DNA from: Lachnospiraceae bacterium
GTDB taxonomy: Bacteria > Bacillota > Clostridia > Lachnospirales > Lachnospiraceae
Length of the DNA: 32,000 nucleotides
Assembly: GCA_018384375.1 (NCBI GenBank)
Contig: JAHAYJ010000083.1
Span: 4,304-36,303 of the forward strand
Reading direction: 5' to 3'
Both the position numbers and the translations under genes were made by a program. Position 1 is the first letter of the stretch; every line of letters begins with the position of its first letter. The notes beneath the pieces are model-generated. The model saw only the letters and a program-made list of their open reading frames with translations, searched no databases and was not told the DNA's origin. Shown here piece after piece: positions 1-8,200 of the stretch.

Positions 1-44
1 AATTCATCTATTAATTTATTGATATGTCCGCTGTATAAATCCAT
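1..44 (-). CDS. recR: Recombination protein RecR, N-terminal 14 codons only (gene runs off the left edge)
   Basis: The minus-strand ATG at 44..42 overlaps the ybaB stop (TAATG). The visible codons read MDLYSGHINKLIDE, which resembles the RecR N-terminus. The position fits the conserved dnaX-ybaB-recR order. Confidence 0.6.
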   Translation of the reverse strand, partial: MDLYSGHINKLIDE

Positions 45-400
45 TAGAAAGGAAGGCCTCCTCCCAGCCCAAGACCGCCTGCCATCTTATTCATAACCTC
101 TGCGTTCGCTTCCTCTGCCATACGGAGTGCCTCGTTCGTCGCTGCCATTACCAGATCCTCCAGCATTTCAATATCATCCGGATCAACAACCTCCTCCGAC
201 AGCTTCACCTTGGTAATTTCCTTCTTTCCGGTAACAGTTACTTCCACTGCACCGCCTCCTGCCTTTGCAGTAAACTCCTTTGTTTCCAGTTCCTTCTGGT
301 TTTCCTCCATCTGACGCTGCATCCTCTGAGCCTGCTTCATCAGGTTATTCATATTTCCGGGCATACCCATTCCGCCGGGAAATCCTCCACGCTTAGCCAT
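44..400 (-). CDS. ybaB: Nucleoid-associated protein YbaB/EbfC
   Basis: The ORF 44..496 was trimmed to the ATG at 400, which is preceded by GGGAGG (403..411). The product MAKRGGFPGG...NMNNLMKQAQRMQ...VTVTGKKEI...DDIEMLEDLV is a typical YbaB/EbfC. The gene sits directly downstream of dnaX. Confidence 0.9.
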   Translation of the reverse strand: MAKRGGFPGGMGMPGNMNNLMKQAQRMQRQMEENQKELETKEFTAKAGGGAVEVTVTGKKEITKVKLSEEVVDPDDIEMLEDLVMAATNEALRMAEEANAEVMNKMAGGLGLGGGLPF

Positions 401-492
401 ACTTAACCTCCCTGTTCTTTTTCCGGCTCTGCCTTCTGTGCTATTCATGGCTGAACCGCTACTCTGTATTGTACTATCATCCGATGCACCTG

Positions 493-2085
493 TCAAAATT
501 CTTCTGCATCATCCTCAATCTCTTCGATCTCCATGTTGATCTTCTGATCTACCAGCTGTGTCAGATCAGGGAACACCTCTCTTGGATTTCTTCCGGTTTC
601 CGGTTTTTGCATCGTGACCTTAATCTCTTTTCCTGCAAAATCAGAAATCAGATGTTCCAACTCTTCCTTCCGTCCTGCCTCCTTAAAATAGTCCGACGGT
701 AATCCGTCTTCCACCACAACCAGCATACTTCCGTCACCTGCAAGGCTCGGATAAGCAGTTTTCAAATATGCCTTCATAGGCATCGGTGCCTGAGTGACAA
801 TCGCTGACCATTTGTTTACCGCGTCCTGTATATCCTGTGGAATTGCTGCCGGAAGCGGTGCCCTTACGACTGGCTCCTGAAGTTTCTGTGTTCCTGATGC
901 CGAAGCTGCTGTTGCTGCCATCATGGGGACACCATTTGCAATCTTTTCCTCCAGCTGTCTGATTCTGTCTGTAAGCGACTGGATATCCGTTTCCATACTG
1001 GGCCTGCAAAGCTTGATCAGGTTCATCTCAATCAGAATCCTTTTCTGAGCTGCAAAGCGAAGCTGCCCGGAAAGCTCTGACAGAATACGGATATACCGCA
1101 TAATCACATCGTTTTCAGCCATCTTGGCTTCTTCCTTCAGTCTTGCAAGGTTCTCTGTAGATACATCAATAATATCTTCTATGCCGTCTGCTGTCTTGAC
1201 GAGAAGAAGGTTTCTCAGATACCAGGTAAAATCCGCCACAAACTGAGTCAATTCTCTTCCCTGCATAACGATTTCTTCCAAAAGCCCGATTGCACCGGTT
1301 ACGTTTCCGTCAAGCACAGTTCGAAAAAGTCTGCTGAATACCTCCGTGTCAACCGCTCCCAACACATCAAGTACCTTATCGTAAGTAAGCTCCTGTCCGA
1401 AATGGAACGCAATACATTGATCCAACAGACTCAGGGCATCACGCATGGAGCCGTCCGCCGCCTTGGCAATATATCTGACAGCTTTATCCTCGATCTGCAC
1501 CTGCTCCTTCTCGGTTAATTCTCTCAGCCTGTCTGCGATGGTGTCTATCGTAATTCTTTTAAAATCATATCGCTGACACCTGGATAAAATCGTAATCGGT
1601 ATCTTATGAACCTCTGTAGTCGCCAGAATAAAAATCACATAGGAAGGAGGTTCTTCCAGCGTCTTAAGAAGCGCATTAAAGGCTCCTATAGAAAGCATAT
1701 GAACCTCATCAATGATATAAACCTTATATTTTCCCTCTGCCGGTGAATAAGCCACCTCATCCACAATCTCACGAATGTTGTCCACTCCATTATTGGATGC
1801 AGCATCAATCTCAATTACGTTCATGGAGGCGCCGACAGCAATCGCCTTGCAGATCGCACACTCTCCGCAAGGGCTTCCATCCACCGGGTGCTCACAATTA
1901 ACTGCTTTTGCAAAAATCTTGGCAATGGTAGTCTTACCGGTTCCCCTTGTTCCGCAGAAAAGATATGCATGTCCAATCCGTTCTGCCTTAATCTGATTTC
2001 TGAGTGTTGTTACAATATGATCCTGCCCCTTTACATCCTCAAATGCTGTAGGGCGAAATTTTCTGTATAGGGCTGTATATGACAT
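493..2085 (-). CDS. dnaX: DNA polymerase III subunit gamma/tau
   Basis: The N-terminus MSYTALYRKFRP..F.DV.GQ is canonical. A Walker A motif GTRGTGKTT, a Zn module C..C..C and an SRC motif (LSRCQRYDF) are present. Confidence 0.95.
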   Translation of the reverse strand: MSYTALYRKFRPTAFEDVKGQDHIVTTLRNQIKAERIGHAYLFCGTRGTGKTTIAKIFAKAVNCEHPVDGSPCGECAICKAIAVGASMNVIEIDAASNNGVDNIREIVDEVAYSPAEGKYKVYIIDEVHMLSIGAFNALLKTLEEPPSYVIFILATTEVHKIPITILSRCQRYDFKRITIDTIADRLRELTEKEQVQIEDKAVRYIAKAADGSMRDALSLLDQCIAFHFGQELTYDKVLDVLGAVDTEVFSRLFRTVLDGNVTGAIGLLEEIVMQGRELTQFVADFTWYLRNLLLVKTADGIEDIIDVSTENLARLKEEAKMAENDVIMRYIRILSELSGQLRFAAQKRILIEMNLIKLCRPSMETDIQSLTDRIRQLEEKIANGVPMMAATAASASGTQKLQEPVVRAPLPAAIPQDIQDAVNKWSAIVTQAPMPMKAYLKTAYPSLAGDGSMLVVVEDGLPSDYFKEAGRKEELEHLISDFAGKEIKVTMQKPETGRNPREVFPDLTQLVDQKINMEIEEIEDDAEEF

Positions 2086-2120
2086 GCCTCATCTTTCCTT
2101 CCGTGGTATCTGTGTACCGA

Positions 2121-3194
2121 TTAATCACCGAAGCTGATTCCCAGAGCCTTTGCTTCTTTGACAATAGAAGCTTCAGGAGAAATCATTTTAAGCTTTCCGG
2201 CAACCTCCTCCAAAGGAACCTTCACAATTTCACGGTTCTTAATACCAACCATAAACCCGTATTCCCCTTTCAGGATCAGTTCACCGGCTTCTGCGCCCAA
2301 ACGGCTTGCAAACACTCTGTCATAAGGGCAGGGACTGCCGCCTCTCTGAGTGTGTCCGGGAACAGTAACTCTGACCTCATGTCCGGTCATATCCTGGATC
2401 TGCTGTGCCAGTTCATAGGAAACAGACGGGAATTTATAGCCCTTCATCTTTTCCTTGTATTCCTTCTTGGAGAGCTTAGCATCCTCCTTGGAAATTGCTC
2501 CTTCCGCAACTGCCAGAATCGTAAATCTGCTGCCGTTTTTATTTCGTTCCTCTATCTTTTCAACTACCTTCTTAATATCATAAGGAATTTCGGGGATGAG
2601 AATGATATCTGCCCCGCCTGCCATACCGGCATTTAGGGTAAGCCATCCCACCTTATGTCCCATAACCTCTACAATGAATACTCTGCCGTGAGAAGCGGCT
2701 GTCGTATGAATACAATCAATGGCATCTGTTGCAATATTAACCGCACTCTGAAAACCGAAGGTCATGTCTGTTCCCCATAGGTCATTGTCTATCGTCTTCG
2801 GAAGGGTAATAACGTTCAAGCCTTCCTCTCTTAACAGATTTGCCGTCTTATGGGTTCCGTTTCCACCCAGAATAACCAGACAGTCGAGGCGGAGCTTGTA
2901 GTAATTCTGCTTCATTGCATCTACCTTATCAAGCCCATTTTCATCAGGATCTTTGATTGTCTTAAAAGGAGTACGGGAGCTGCCGAGAATCGTGCCGCCT
3001 TTAGTAAGAATACCGGAAAAATCGCTTCCCTGAAGCATCCTGAAATTTCCGTAAATCAATCCCTTGTAACCGTCCAAAAAGCCATAAATTTCAACAGGCT
3101 CCTTGCTGTTCACCAGACACTTTACCACACCTCTCATAGCTGCATTTAAAGCCTGACAGTCACCACCGCTTGTCAACATACCAATTCTCTTCAC
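2121..3194 (-). CDS. pfkA: ATP-dependent 6-phosphofructokinase
   Basis: The ORF 2121..3215 was trimmed to the GTG at 3194, which lies 9 nt after AAAGGAGG. This gives the canonical N-terminus (M)KRIGMLTSGGD. GGNGT and PKTIDND motifs are present. Confidence 0.9.
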   Translation of the reverse strand: MKRIGMLTSGGDCQALNAAMRGVVKCLVNSKEPVEIYGFLDGYKGLIYGNFRMLQGSDFSGILTKGGTILGSSRTPFKTIKDPDENGLDKVDAMKQNYYKLRLDCLVILGGNGTHKTANLLREEGLNVITLPKTIDNDLWGTDMTFGFQSAVNIATDAIDCIHTTAASHGRVFIVEVMGHKVGWLTLNAGMAGGADIILIPEIPYDIKKVVEKIEERNKNGSRFTILAVAEGAISKEDAKLSKKEYKEKMKGYKFPSVSYELAQQIQDMTGHEVRVTVPGHTQRGGSPCPYDRVFASRLGAEAGELILKGEYGFMVGIKNREIVKVPLEEVAGKLKMISPEASIVKEAKALGISFGD

Positions 3195-3281
3195 CTTGTG
3201 CTTCCTCCTTTTCAAGTTGTCCTCATGTAAACGAGCTTATTTTTCCCGGCTCATGCACTATTTATTATACATAATTTGCGC

Positions 3282-4430
3282 TCACTCTACAACCTTTTTG
3301 CAATTGTCATAATGATCTAAAAAGGAATGTCGGACTCCATCCGACTTATATGCTACCACGGTATCGAGATTCACATTTTCCACGCTTTTGAAAATATTGC
3401 TTTCCACAAAAGGGTTTGTTTTTTTCATTTCCCGGATCAGCTCCTTAATTTCTACACGCTTTGAACGATTTTCCTCATTGTTGCATGTGGTACAAGTATC
3501 CGTAAACTTGCAGGCACACTGGATAAAGTGCAATTCATTGTAATCTCTCCATGCTTGAATATCCTCTTCCCGGATCAGATAGAGAGGCCGGATCAGCTCC
3601 ATCCCTTCGAAATTTGTACTATGGAGCTTAGGCATCATCGTCTGTACCTGTGCACCGTACAGCATCCCCATCAGGATCGTTTCAATCACATCGTCATAAT
3701 GATGCCCCAACGCAATTTTATTACACCCCATTTCCTTTGCATAATGATAAAGATGCCCTCTTCTCATTCTTGCACATAAATAGCAGGGTGATTTTTCTAC
3801 GTGATAGACGGATTCAAAAATGTCAGATTCAAAAATTGTGATGGGAATATTCAATTTTTCCGCATTTTCTTCAATGATAGCGCTATTTACCGCGCTGTAA
3901 CCGGGATCCATTACGAGAAATTTCACTTCAAAAGCAAACTTATTGTGCAGCTTTAATTCCTGAAACAGCTTTGCCATCAGCATGGAATCTTTTTCCCCCC
4001 CCGAAATGCATACCGCAATACTGTCCCCTTCCTTGATCAATTCATATTGATTAATTGCCTTGGTAAATTTACTCCAAATACTTTTACGGAATTTCTTTCT
4101 GATACTTTGCTCCGCTTTCTTGCTCACTTCGCTTTTTTGCTCTTCCCGAACATGAAAAAGCAGCCATGCCGTATATCCTCCTGCAAGGCTGACTGCATCA
4201 TATCCCATATCTGTAAGTTTCTGTGCCACTTTCAGACTGTTTTCCCCTCTACTGCAGCAAATTATCAGCTTTTTCGAAAAGTCAATTTCCGGATTCCCTT
4301 CTATCTGATCAGCAGGAATACAAACTGCCTCCGGAATTAAACCATAAGCAAGCTCCGTTTCTTTTCTGATATCAATAATCCGGTACTGAGCCCGGTCCAA
4401 TAAGCTTAATTCCTGTACTGTAATCTCCAT
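3282..4430 (-). CDS. Rhodanese domain fused to a TtcA/PP-loop tRNA thiolation ATPase
   Basis: The N-terminal ~100 aa have a rhodanese fold signature with the active-site loop CCSRGENS. The rest has a PP-loop (CISGGEKDS), a CYLCARMRRG CxxC motif and later Cys clusters typical of the TtcA family. The RBS GGAGGG lies upstream of the ATG at 4430. Confidence 0.8.
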   Translation of the reverse strand: MEITVQELSLLDRAQYRIIDIRKETELAYGLIPEAVCIPADQIEGNPEIDFSKKLIICCSRGENSLKVAQKLTDMGYDAVSLAGGYTAWLLFHVREEQKSEVSKKAEQSIRKKFRKSIWSKFTKAINQYELIKEGDSIAVCISGGEKDSMLMAKLFQELKLHNKFAFEVKFLVMDPGYSAVNSAIIEENAEKLNIPITIFESDIFESVYHVEKSPCYLCARMRRGHLYHYAKEMGCNKIALGHHYDDVIETILMGMLYGAQVQTMMPKLHSTNFEGMELIRPLYLIREEDIQAWRDYNELHFIQCACKFTDTCTTCNNEENRSKRVEIKELIREMKKTNPFVESNIFKSVENVNLDTVVAYKSDGVRHSFLDHYDNCKKVVE

Positions 4431-4526
4431 TTTCCCTCCATTGATTTCCTATTATTTATATAGGTTTTATATTTCGATATGGATTATATCTTGGTGCCTG
4501 AATTGTGTCAATAGATGTGAAAATGA

Positions 4527-4555
4527 TTGACTTGTTTTTTTTTTACCAGTATAAT
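4527..4555 (+). promoter_or_regulatory. Sigma-70-type promoter of tRNA-Ser
   Basis: TTGACT (4527..4532), a 17-nt spacer (mostly a T10 run) and TATAAT (4550..4555). The -10 ends 14 nt before the mature tRNA 5' end. Confidence 0.75.
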
Positions 4556-4569
4556 AGGAAGAGTTCTAC

Positions 4570-4655
4570 GGAGACGTATCGAAGCGGTCATAACGGGGCG
4601 CACTCGAAATGCGTTTGCCCTCCGGGGCACGAGGGTTCGAATCCCTCCGTCTCCG
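4570..4655 (+). tRNA. tRNA-Ser (anticodon CGA), class II with long variable arm; CCA not encoded
   Basis: The acceptor arm GGAGACG pairs with CGTCTCC and the discriminator is G. The anticodon stem-loop is GCGCA-CTCGAAA-TGCGT, giving anticodon CGA. The variable arm is TGCCCTCCGGGGCAC and the T arm is GAGGGTTCGAATCCCTC. Confidence 0.9.
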
Positions 4656-4667
4656 CTAATCATCTAA

Positions 4668-5045
4668 TCAGCTCTTTGTCACTTTCCTGATTTTCCACAT
4701 GCTCACTGCAAACAAAATACCGAAAATAATATAGTATCCAAGCTGCGAGGACAGTGTGTTTTCCGGTGTTGCCTCATCAATATTGGTGGCATAATACATA
4801 GTAATCCTATCACCATTATGCACAGGACTGTGTCCGTTCAGATTGAAGGTATGTAATTCATTATTCTCATCATAATATTCTGCATAAACATTTATTCCAT
4901 CCTCAATATAGTCCGCTTCAAAGCTGTGTCCCCATTGCTTTAAACTGATTTCATTCATATGTCCGAATGCAGTCCCTACCAGAACAAAAAAAGAGACCAC
5001 CGCAACAATGAGCCATATCGTATTGATATACTTCTGTTTTTTCAT
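4668..5045 (-). CDS. Small two-TM membrane protein (DUF3592-like topology)
   Basis: There are N-terminal and C-terminal hydrophobic helices flanking a ~70-aa beta-rich domain. The RBS AAAGGAAG lies 7 nt before the ATG. The family call rests on topology only. Confidence 0.6.
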   Translation of the reverse strand: MKKQKYINTIWLIVAVVSFFVLVGTAFGHMNEISLKQWGHSFEADYIEDGINVYAEYYDENNELHTFNLNGHSPVHNGDRITMYYATNIDEATPENTLSSQLGYYIIFGILFAVSMWKIRKVTKS

Positions 5046-5149
5046 TTCATGACTTCCTTTCTTACGTGCTTATTTTTCATTATACACAACAACTGCAAAG
5101 GACTCAAATATATTTCGCCTGCACCTAAATACATTTCACCATATCCATC

Positions 5150-5178
5150 TTGACTTTCCCCTCTGCATTGATTACAAT
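5150..5178 (+). promoter_or_regulatory. Sigma-70-type promoter of the MATE transporter gene
   Basis: TTGACT (5150..5155), a 17-nt spacer and TACAAT (5173..5178), located 56 nt upstream of the ATG at 5235. Confidence 0.6.
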
Positions 5179-5234
5179 ATTCTGACCAATACAGACGTAT
5201 TAGCGCATTTTGTTATACTTACAGGAGATCAGTC

Positions 5235-6638
5235 ATGTGGAAGAGCTTTAAGACAAAATTTATCGGAGACAAAGAATTTTATCATCGTGTACTCTATCTT
5301 GCCATACCTATGATTGTTCAGAATGCCATCACCAGCTTTGTTAGCTTTCTGGATAACATCATGGTGGGACAGATCGGAACCGAACAGATGTCAGGTGTTG
5401 CCATCATTAACCAGCTGATGTTTGTTTTTAATATCTGCATTTTCGGCGGTGTATCCGGTGCCGGGATTTTCGGCACTCAATTTTTTGGAAAAGGGGACTA
5501 TGAAGGGCAGAAGCACGCCTTCCGCTTTAAGCTCTATGCCAGTACGGCAATCACGGTGCTTGCCCTCTGTCTATTCGGATTCCGTAACGTTGAATTGATT
5601 TCCCTGTACCTAAGCGACAGTGGCAGCGTAGGAGATATTACTCTTGCCCTGAAATACGGCAGGGAATATTTGGGAATTATGATGTTCGGACTTGCTCCCT
5701 TTGCACTCGCACAAACCTACATAAGTTCTATTCGTGAGACAGGACACACCTTTGTCCCCATGCTTGCAGGCATTATCGCAGTGGCTACAAATCTGATACT
5801 GGATGTTGTTTTGATTTTTGGCATTCCCGGTATCATTCCCGCAATGGGCGTATCCGGTGCTGCCATCGCAACAGTGATTGCCCGTTTCATAGAATGCATC
5901 ATAGTCGTTGCATGGACGCATTTGCATGCAGGCAAAAACCCCTATATCATAGGAGCTTATCGCAGTCTGCGAATTCCGGGTCATACACTGAAATCTATTA
6001 TTATTAAGGGAGTTCCTCTGATGATTAACGAAATGCTCTGGGCTTCCGGTATGACGGTTATTGTACAATGTTACGCAGTCCGCGGACTTGAAGTAGTGGC
6101 GGCACAGAACATCTCCTCCACCATTACCAACCTGTTTAACATTGTCTATATTCAGCTTGGCTCCTGCATTTCCATTGTAGTGGGACAGTTCCTTGGAGCC
6201 GGCAAGGTTGAAGAAGCCAGGGATGCGGATAATAAAATGATTTTCTTCAGCGTGGGCTGCTGCACCTTGGTATCCGCAGTCATGATTCTGTTTGGCAGAT
6301 TTTTCCCTGCCATTTACAATACGGAAGAAAGTATTAAGGAGCTGGCAAGAATCTTTATCGTAATTTCCGCTCTGGTCATGCCCCTTTGCGCATTTTCGCA
6401 TTGTGCTTATTTCACACTCCGTTCCGGCGGTAAGACAGGAATCACCTTCCTTTTTGACAGCGTATATACCTGGATATTGGTTATTCCTTTTGCCTACCTC
6501 CTTGCAAACCATACTTCACTGCCCATTACCACGATATTCTTTCTGGTTCAGTTTACCGAACTGATCAAGGTCATTATCGGGTATTTCATGGTTAAAAGCG
6601 GTGTGTGGGTACAAAATATTGTAAATGATAAAGGCTGA
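5235..6638 (+). CDS. MATE family efflux transporter
   Basis: A 467-aa protein with about 12 TM segments. The N-terminal motif LAIPMIVQN....F.D..MVGQ.G is typical of MATE/NorM-type proteins. The RBS AGGAG lies 7 nt before the ATG. Confidence 0.85.
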   Translation: MWKSFKTKFIGDKEFYHRVLYLAIPMIVQNAITSFVSFLDNIMVGQIGTEQMSGVAIINQLMFVFNICIFGGVSGAGIFGTQFFGKGDYEGQKHAFRFKLYASTAITVLALCLFGFRNVELISLYLSDSGSVGDITLALKYGREYLGIMMFGLAPFALAQTYISSIRETGHTFVPMLAGIIAVATNLILDVVLIFGIPGIIPAMGVSGAAIATVIARFIECIIVVAWTHLHAGKNPYIIGAYRSLRIPGHTLKSIIIKGVPLMINEMLWASGMTVIVQCYAVRGLEVVAAQNISSTITNLFNIVYIQLGSCISIVVGQFLGAGKVEEARDADNKMIFFSVGCCTLVSAVMILFGRFFPAIYNTEESIKELARIFIVISALVMPLCAFSHCAYFTLRSGGKTGITFLFDSVYTWILVIPFAYLLANHTSLPITTIFFLVQFTELIKVIIGYFMVKSGVWVQNIVNDKG

Positions 6639-6653
6639 CAAATGTCAGCCTTT
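6630..6653. terminator. Bidirectional hairpin shared by the convergent MATE and tadA genes
   Basis: AAAGGCTGACA-AA-TGTCAGCCTTT is a perfect 11-bp stem. It contains the MATE stop codon (6636..6638) and the tadA stop codon (6652..6654). Confidence 0.6.
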
Positions 6654-7158
6654 AATTCAATCCCTTTTTCTGTTCCTTTTCCAACTTATTCCTTACCCGG
6701 AGCTCCTTAAAAAAGTCTGTCAGCATTCGGGAACATTCTTTCTCCAGTACGCCTCTTGTGACCTTCACCTGATGATTAAATTCCGGCATTTCCAGAATAT
6801 TCAAAATAGAGCCTCCGCAGCCTGCCTTGGGATTCATGCTGCCCATAACGACCTCATCAATCCGCGCCTGCACAATAGCACCGGAGCACATCTGGCAAGG
6901 TTCTAAAGTTACATAGAGAGTACATCCCTCCAGCCTCCAGTCTCCCATCTTTTTACTTGCTTTATTGATTGCAGTAATCTCGGCATGGGCAAGGGTATTT
7001 TTATCCGTATTTCTGCGATTGTAACCTCTGCCAATAATTTTTCCTTCATAAACAATAACACATCCGATAGGCACCTCTCCAAGTGCATACGCTTTCCTGG
7101 CCTGTCGGATGGCCTCTTTCATATACTTTTCCTGTTCTGTCATAACACTCCTATGCAT
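6652..7158 (-). CDS. tadA: tRNA adenosine(34) deaminase TadA
   Basis: The HAE (HAEITAI) and PCxMC (PCQMCSGA) zinc motifs are present, along with GEVPIGCVIV. The alternative ATG at 7143 (MTEQEKYMKEAI) is equally plausible. Confidence 0.9.
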   Translation of the reverse strand: MHRSVMTEQEKYMKEAIRQARKAYALGEVPIGCVIVYEGKIIGRGYNRRNTDKNTLAHAEITAINKASKKMGDWRLEGCTLYVTLEPCQMCSGAIVQARIDEVVMGSMNPKAGCGGSILNILEMPEFNHQVKVTRGVLEKECSRMLTDFFKELRVRNKLEKEQKKGLN

Positions 7159-7206
7159 TGCCTGTCACACCTTACTTTTCACCCTGAGGGAAGACTAAGT
7201 TACCTA

Positions 7207-7920
7207 CTATACGCCCCTAAGGAACACTTTGTCCTGCATTCCGGAAACCCTCTGTGCAACGGTCAGCAATTCTTCCATTCCTTGCTTGTCATATCCGTGA
7301 CAGCCCTCACAGATCATATTTTCGTTCTCCTTAAACTGTTGCAAAAAATATCTGGGACAATCCCTGATCCACTCTGCTATCTTAAAAATATCCTGTTTGT
7401 CATGAAGCTCCTTCACCACTGTTGTGCGAAATTCATAATCAATCCCTGAATGCTTAAGAAGCTCTACAGACTGCTCTATTCGATTTATTTGAAAGCTATC
7501 CTCTTTGCCGGACATCCCCACGGTCATGACATATTTCTCCCGGCAATTCTTAATATCCATAGCCACATAATCAAGAAGCTTCTCATCAAGAAGCCTCTCA
7601 AGCACCTGCGGCGCATAGCCGTTTGTATCCAGCTTTACCTGATAACCGATTTCTTTAAGCTTTCTGATAAATTCCGGCAGATCTGCCTGCATGGTCGGTT
7701 CACCCCCTGTAATGCAGACTCCCTTCAGTATCTTTTTCCTCTTCATTAAAAATGCCAGAATCTCTTCCTCCGAAAAAACATCTCCGGCAGAAGGCTCCAG
7801 CACCAATCCTCCGTTATGACAAAAGGGGCATCTGAAATTGCAGCCGCCTGTAAAAACAGTAGCTGCCACACGTCCCGGATAATCCAGAAGCGTAGTCTTA
7901 TTTAGTCCGAGTATCAGCAA
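7207..7920 (-). CDS. nrdG: Anaerobic ribonucleoside-triphosphate reductase activating protein (radical SAM)
   Basis: The N-terminus GLNKTTLLDYPGRVAATVFTGGCNFRCPFCHN is characteristic. The ORF 7207..7965 was trimmed to the TTG at 7920, which lies 8 nt after GGAAGGGAGAG. The longer ORF would overlap the SRP RNA promoter. No nrdD gene is adjacent. Confidence 0.8.
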   Translation of the reverse strand: MLILGLNKTTLLDYPGRVAATVFTGGCNFRCPFCHNGGLVLEPSAGDVFSEEEILAFLMKRKKILKGVCITGGEPTMQADLPEFIRKLKEIGYQVKLDTNGYAPQVLERLLDEKLLDYVAMDIKNCREKYVMTVGMSGKEDSFQINRIEQSVELLKHSGIDYEFRTTVVKELHDKQDIFKIAEWIRDCPRYFLQQFKENENMICEGCHGYDKQGMEELLTVAQRVSGMQDKVFLRGV

Positions 7921-7941
7921 AACGATTTCTCTCCCTTCCGG

Positions 7942-7970
7942 TTGACAAACATAACAAAAACCCATATACT
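7942..7970 (+). promoter_or_regulatory. Sigma-70-type promoter of SRP RNA
   Basis: TTGACA (7942..7947), a 17-nt spacer and TATACT (7965..7970). The predicted start is around 7977, just before the first paired nucleotides of the RNA. Confidence 0.7.
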
Positions 7971-7984
7971 AAAACATGCAAATC

Positions 7985-8200
7985 AACCGTGCAGCTTTAT
8001 TTTCAGGGAAGCTGTCATGGCTGCCCTGTATAAGTGGCGCTTGACGCTTGGGTCTTGCGCAATGGAAATCTGCGAACCGTGTCAGGTTGGGAACAAAGCA
8101 GCACTAAGCGGAATTTTCCATGTGCCGCAAGGGTGCCTGAGCTTAGTTAACTGTACAGGTAACGCATGGCAGTTTCCCTGAGGGTAAAGTGCATGGTTTA
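7985..8200 (+). ncRNA. ffs: Signal recognition particle RNA (scRNA / 4.5S homologue)
   Basis: Domain IV reads GTCAGGT-TG-GGAA-CA-AAGCAGC, followed by ATGTGCCGCAAGGGTGCCTGAGC, as in E. coli 4.5S RNA and Bacillus scRNA. Long-range pairings are 7985-7993/8190-8198, 8004-8019/8165-8180 and 8025-8030/8154-8159. The G.U pairs form only on the + strand. A 3' T-run follows. The ends are approximate. Confidence 0.85.

Noticed and set aside
401-496. N-terminal extension of the ybaB ORF (and similar extensions of pfkA, nrdG, ldhA, amt, OPT, dagK, the GNAT genes and the ORF 18865..19491).
   Set aside because: The internal starts have good RBS spacing and reproduce conserved family N-termini. The extensions overlap upstream genes, promoters or RBS sequences.
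493-2085. A programmed -1 frameshift site in dnaX (the E. coli tau/gamma A-AAA-AAG type).
   Set aside because: No AAAAAAG heptamer (plus-strand CTTTTTT) is visible within the coding region.
4535-4544. A T10 homopolymer forming most of the 17-nt spacer of the tRNA-Ser promoter, considered as a possible slippage-controlled promoter.
   Set aside because: Phase-variable spacers are known for surface-antigen genes, not for tRNA genes. A single sequence shows no evidence of length heterogeneity.
4570-5234. The tRNA-Ser 3' flank, considered as a possible integration site of a genomic island (AT-rich DUF3592 gene and MATE gene follow).
   Set aside because: I saw no integrase gene and no direct repeat of the tRNA 3' end downstream. 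The flanking genes are ordinary chromosomal functions.
5610-6512. A 300-aa ORF antisense to the MATE transporter gene. Similar long antisense ORFs occur at 2079..2636, 15975..16703, 22055..22669, 22925..23479, 24530..25099 and 25302..25754.
   Set aside because: Each lies entirely within, or across, a confidently identified gene on the other strand. Their composition is low-complexity or Cys/His-rich, none has an RBS, and I recognise no motifs. They are best explained as shadow ORFs.
7942-8181. A 79-aa + strand ORF between nrdG and the GGDEF gene.
   Set aside because: It coincides with the SRP RNA and its promoter. The sequence is explained by conserved RNA motifs and long-range base pairing, not by coding.
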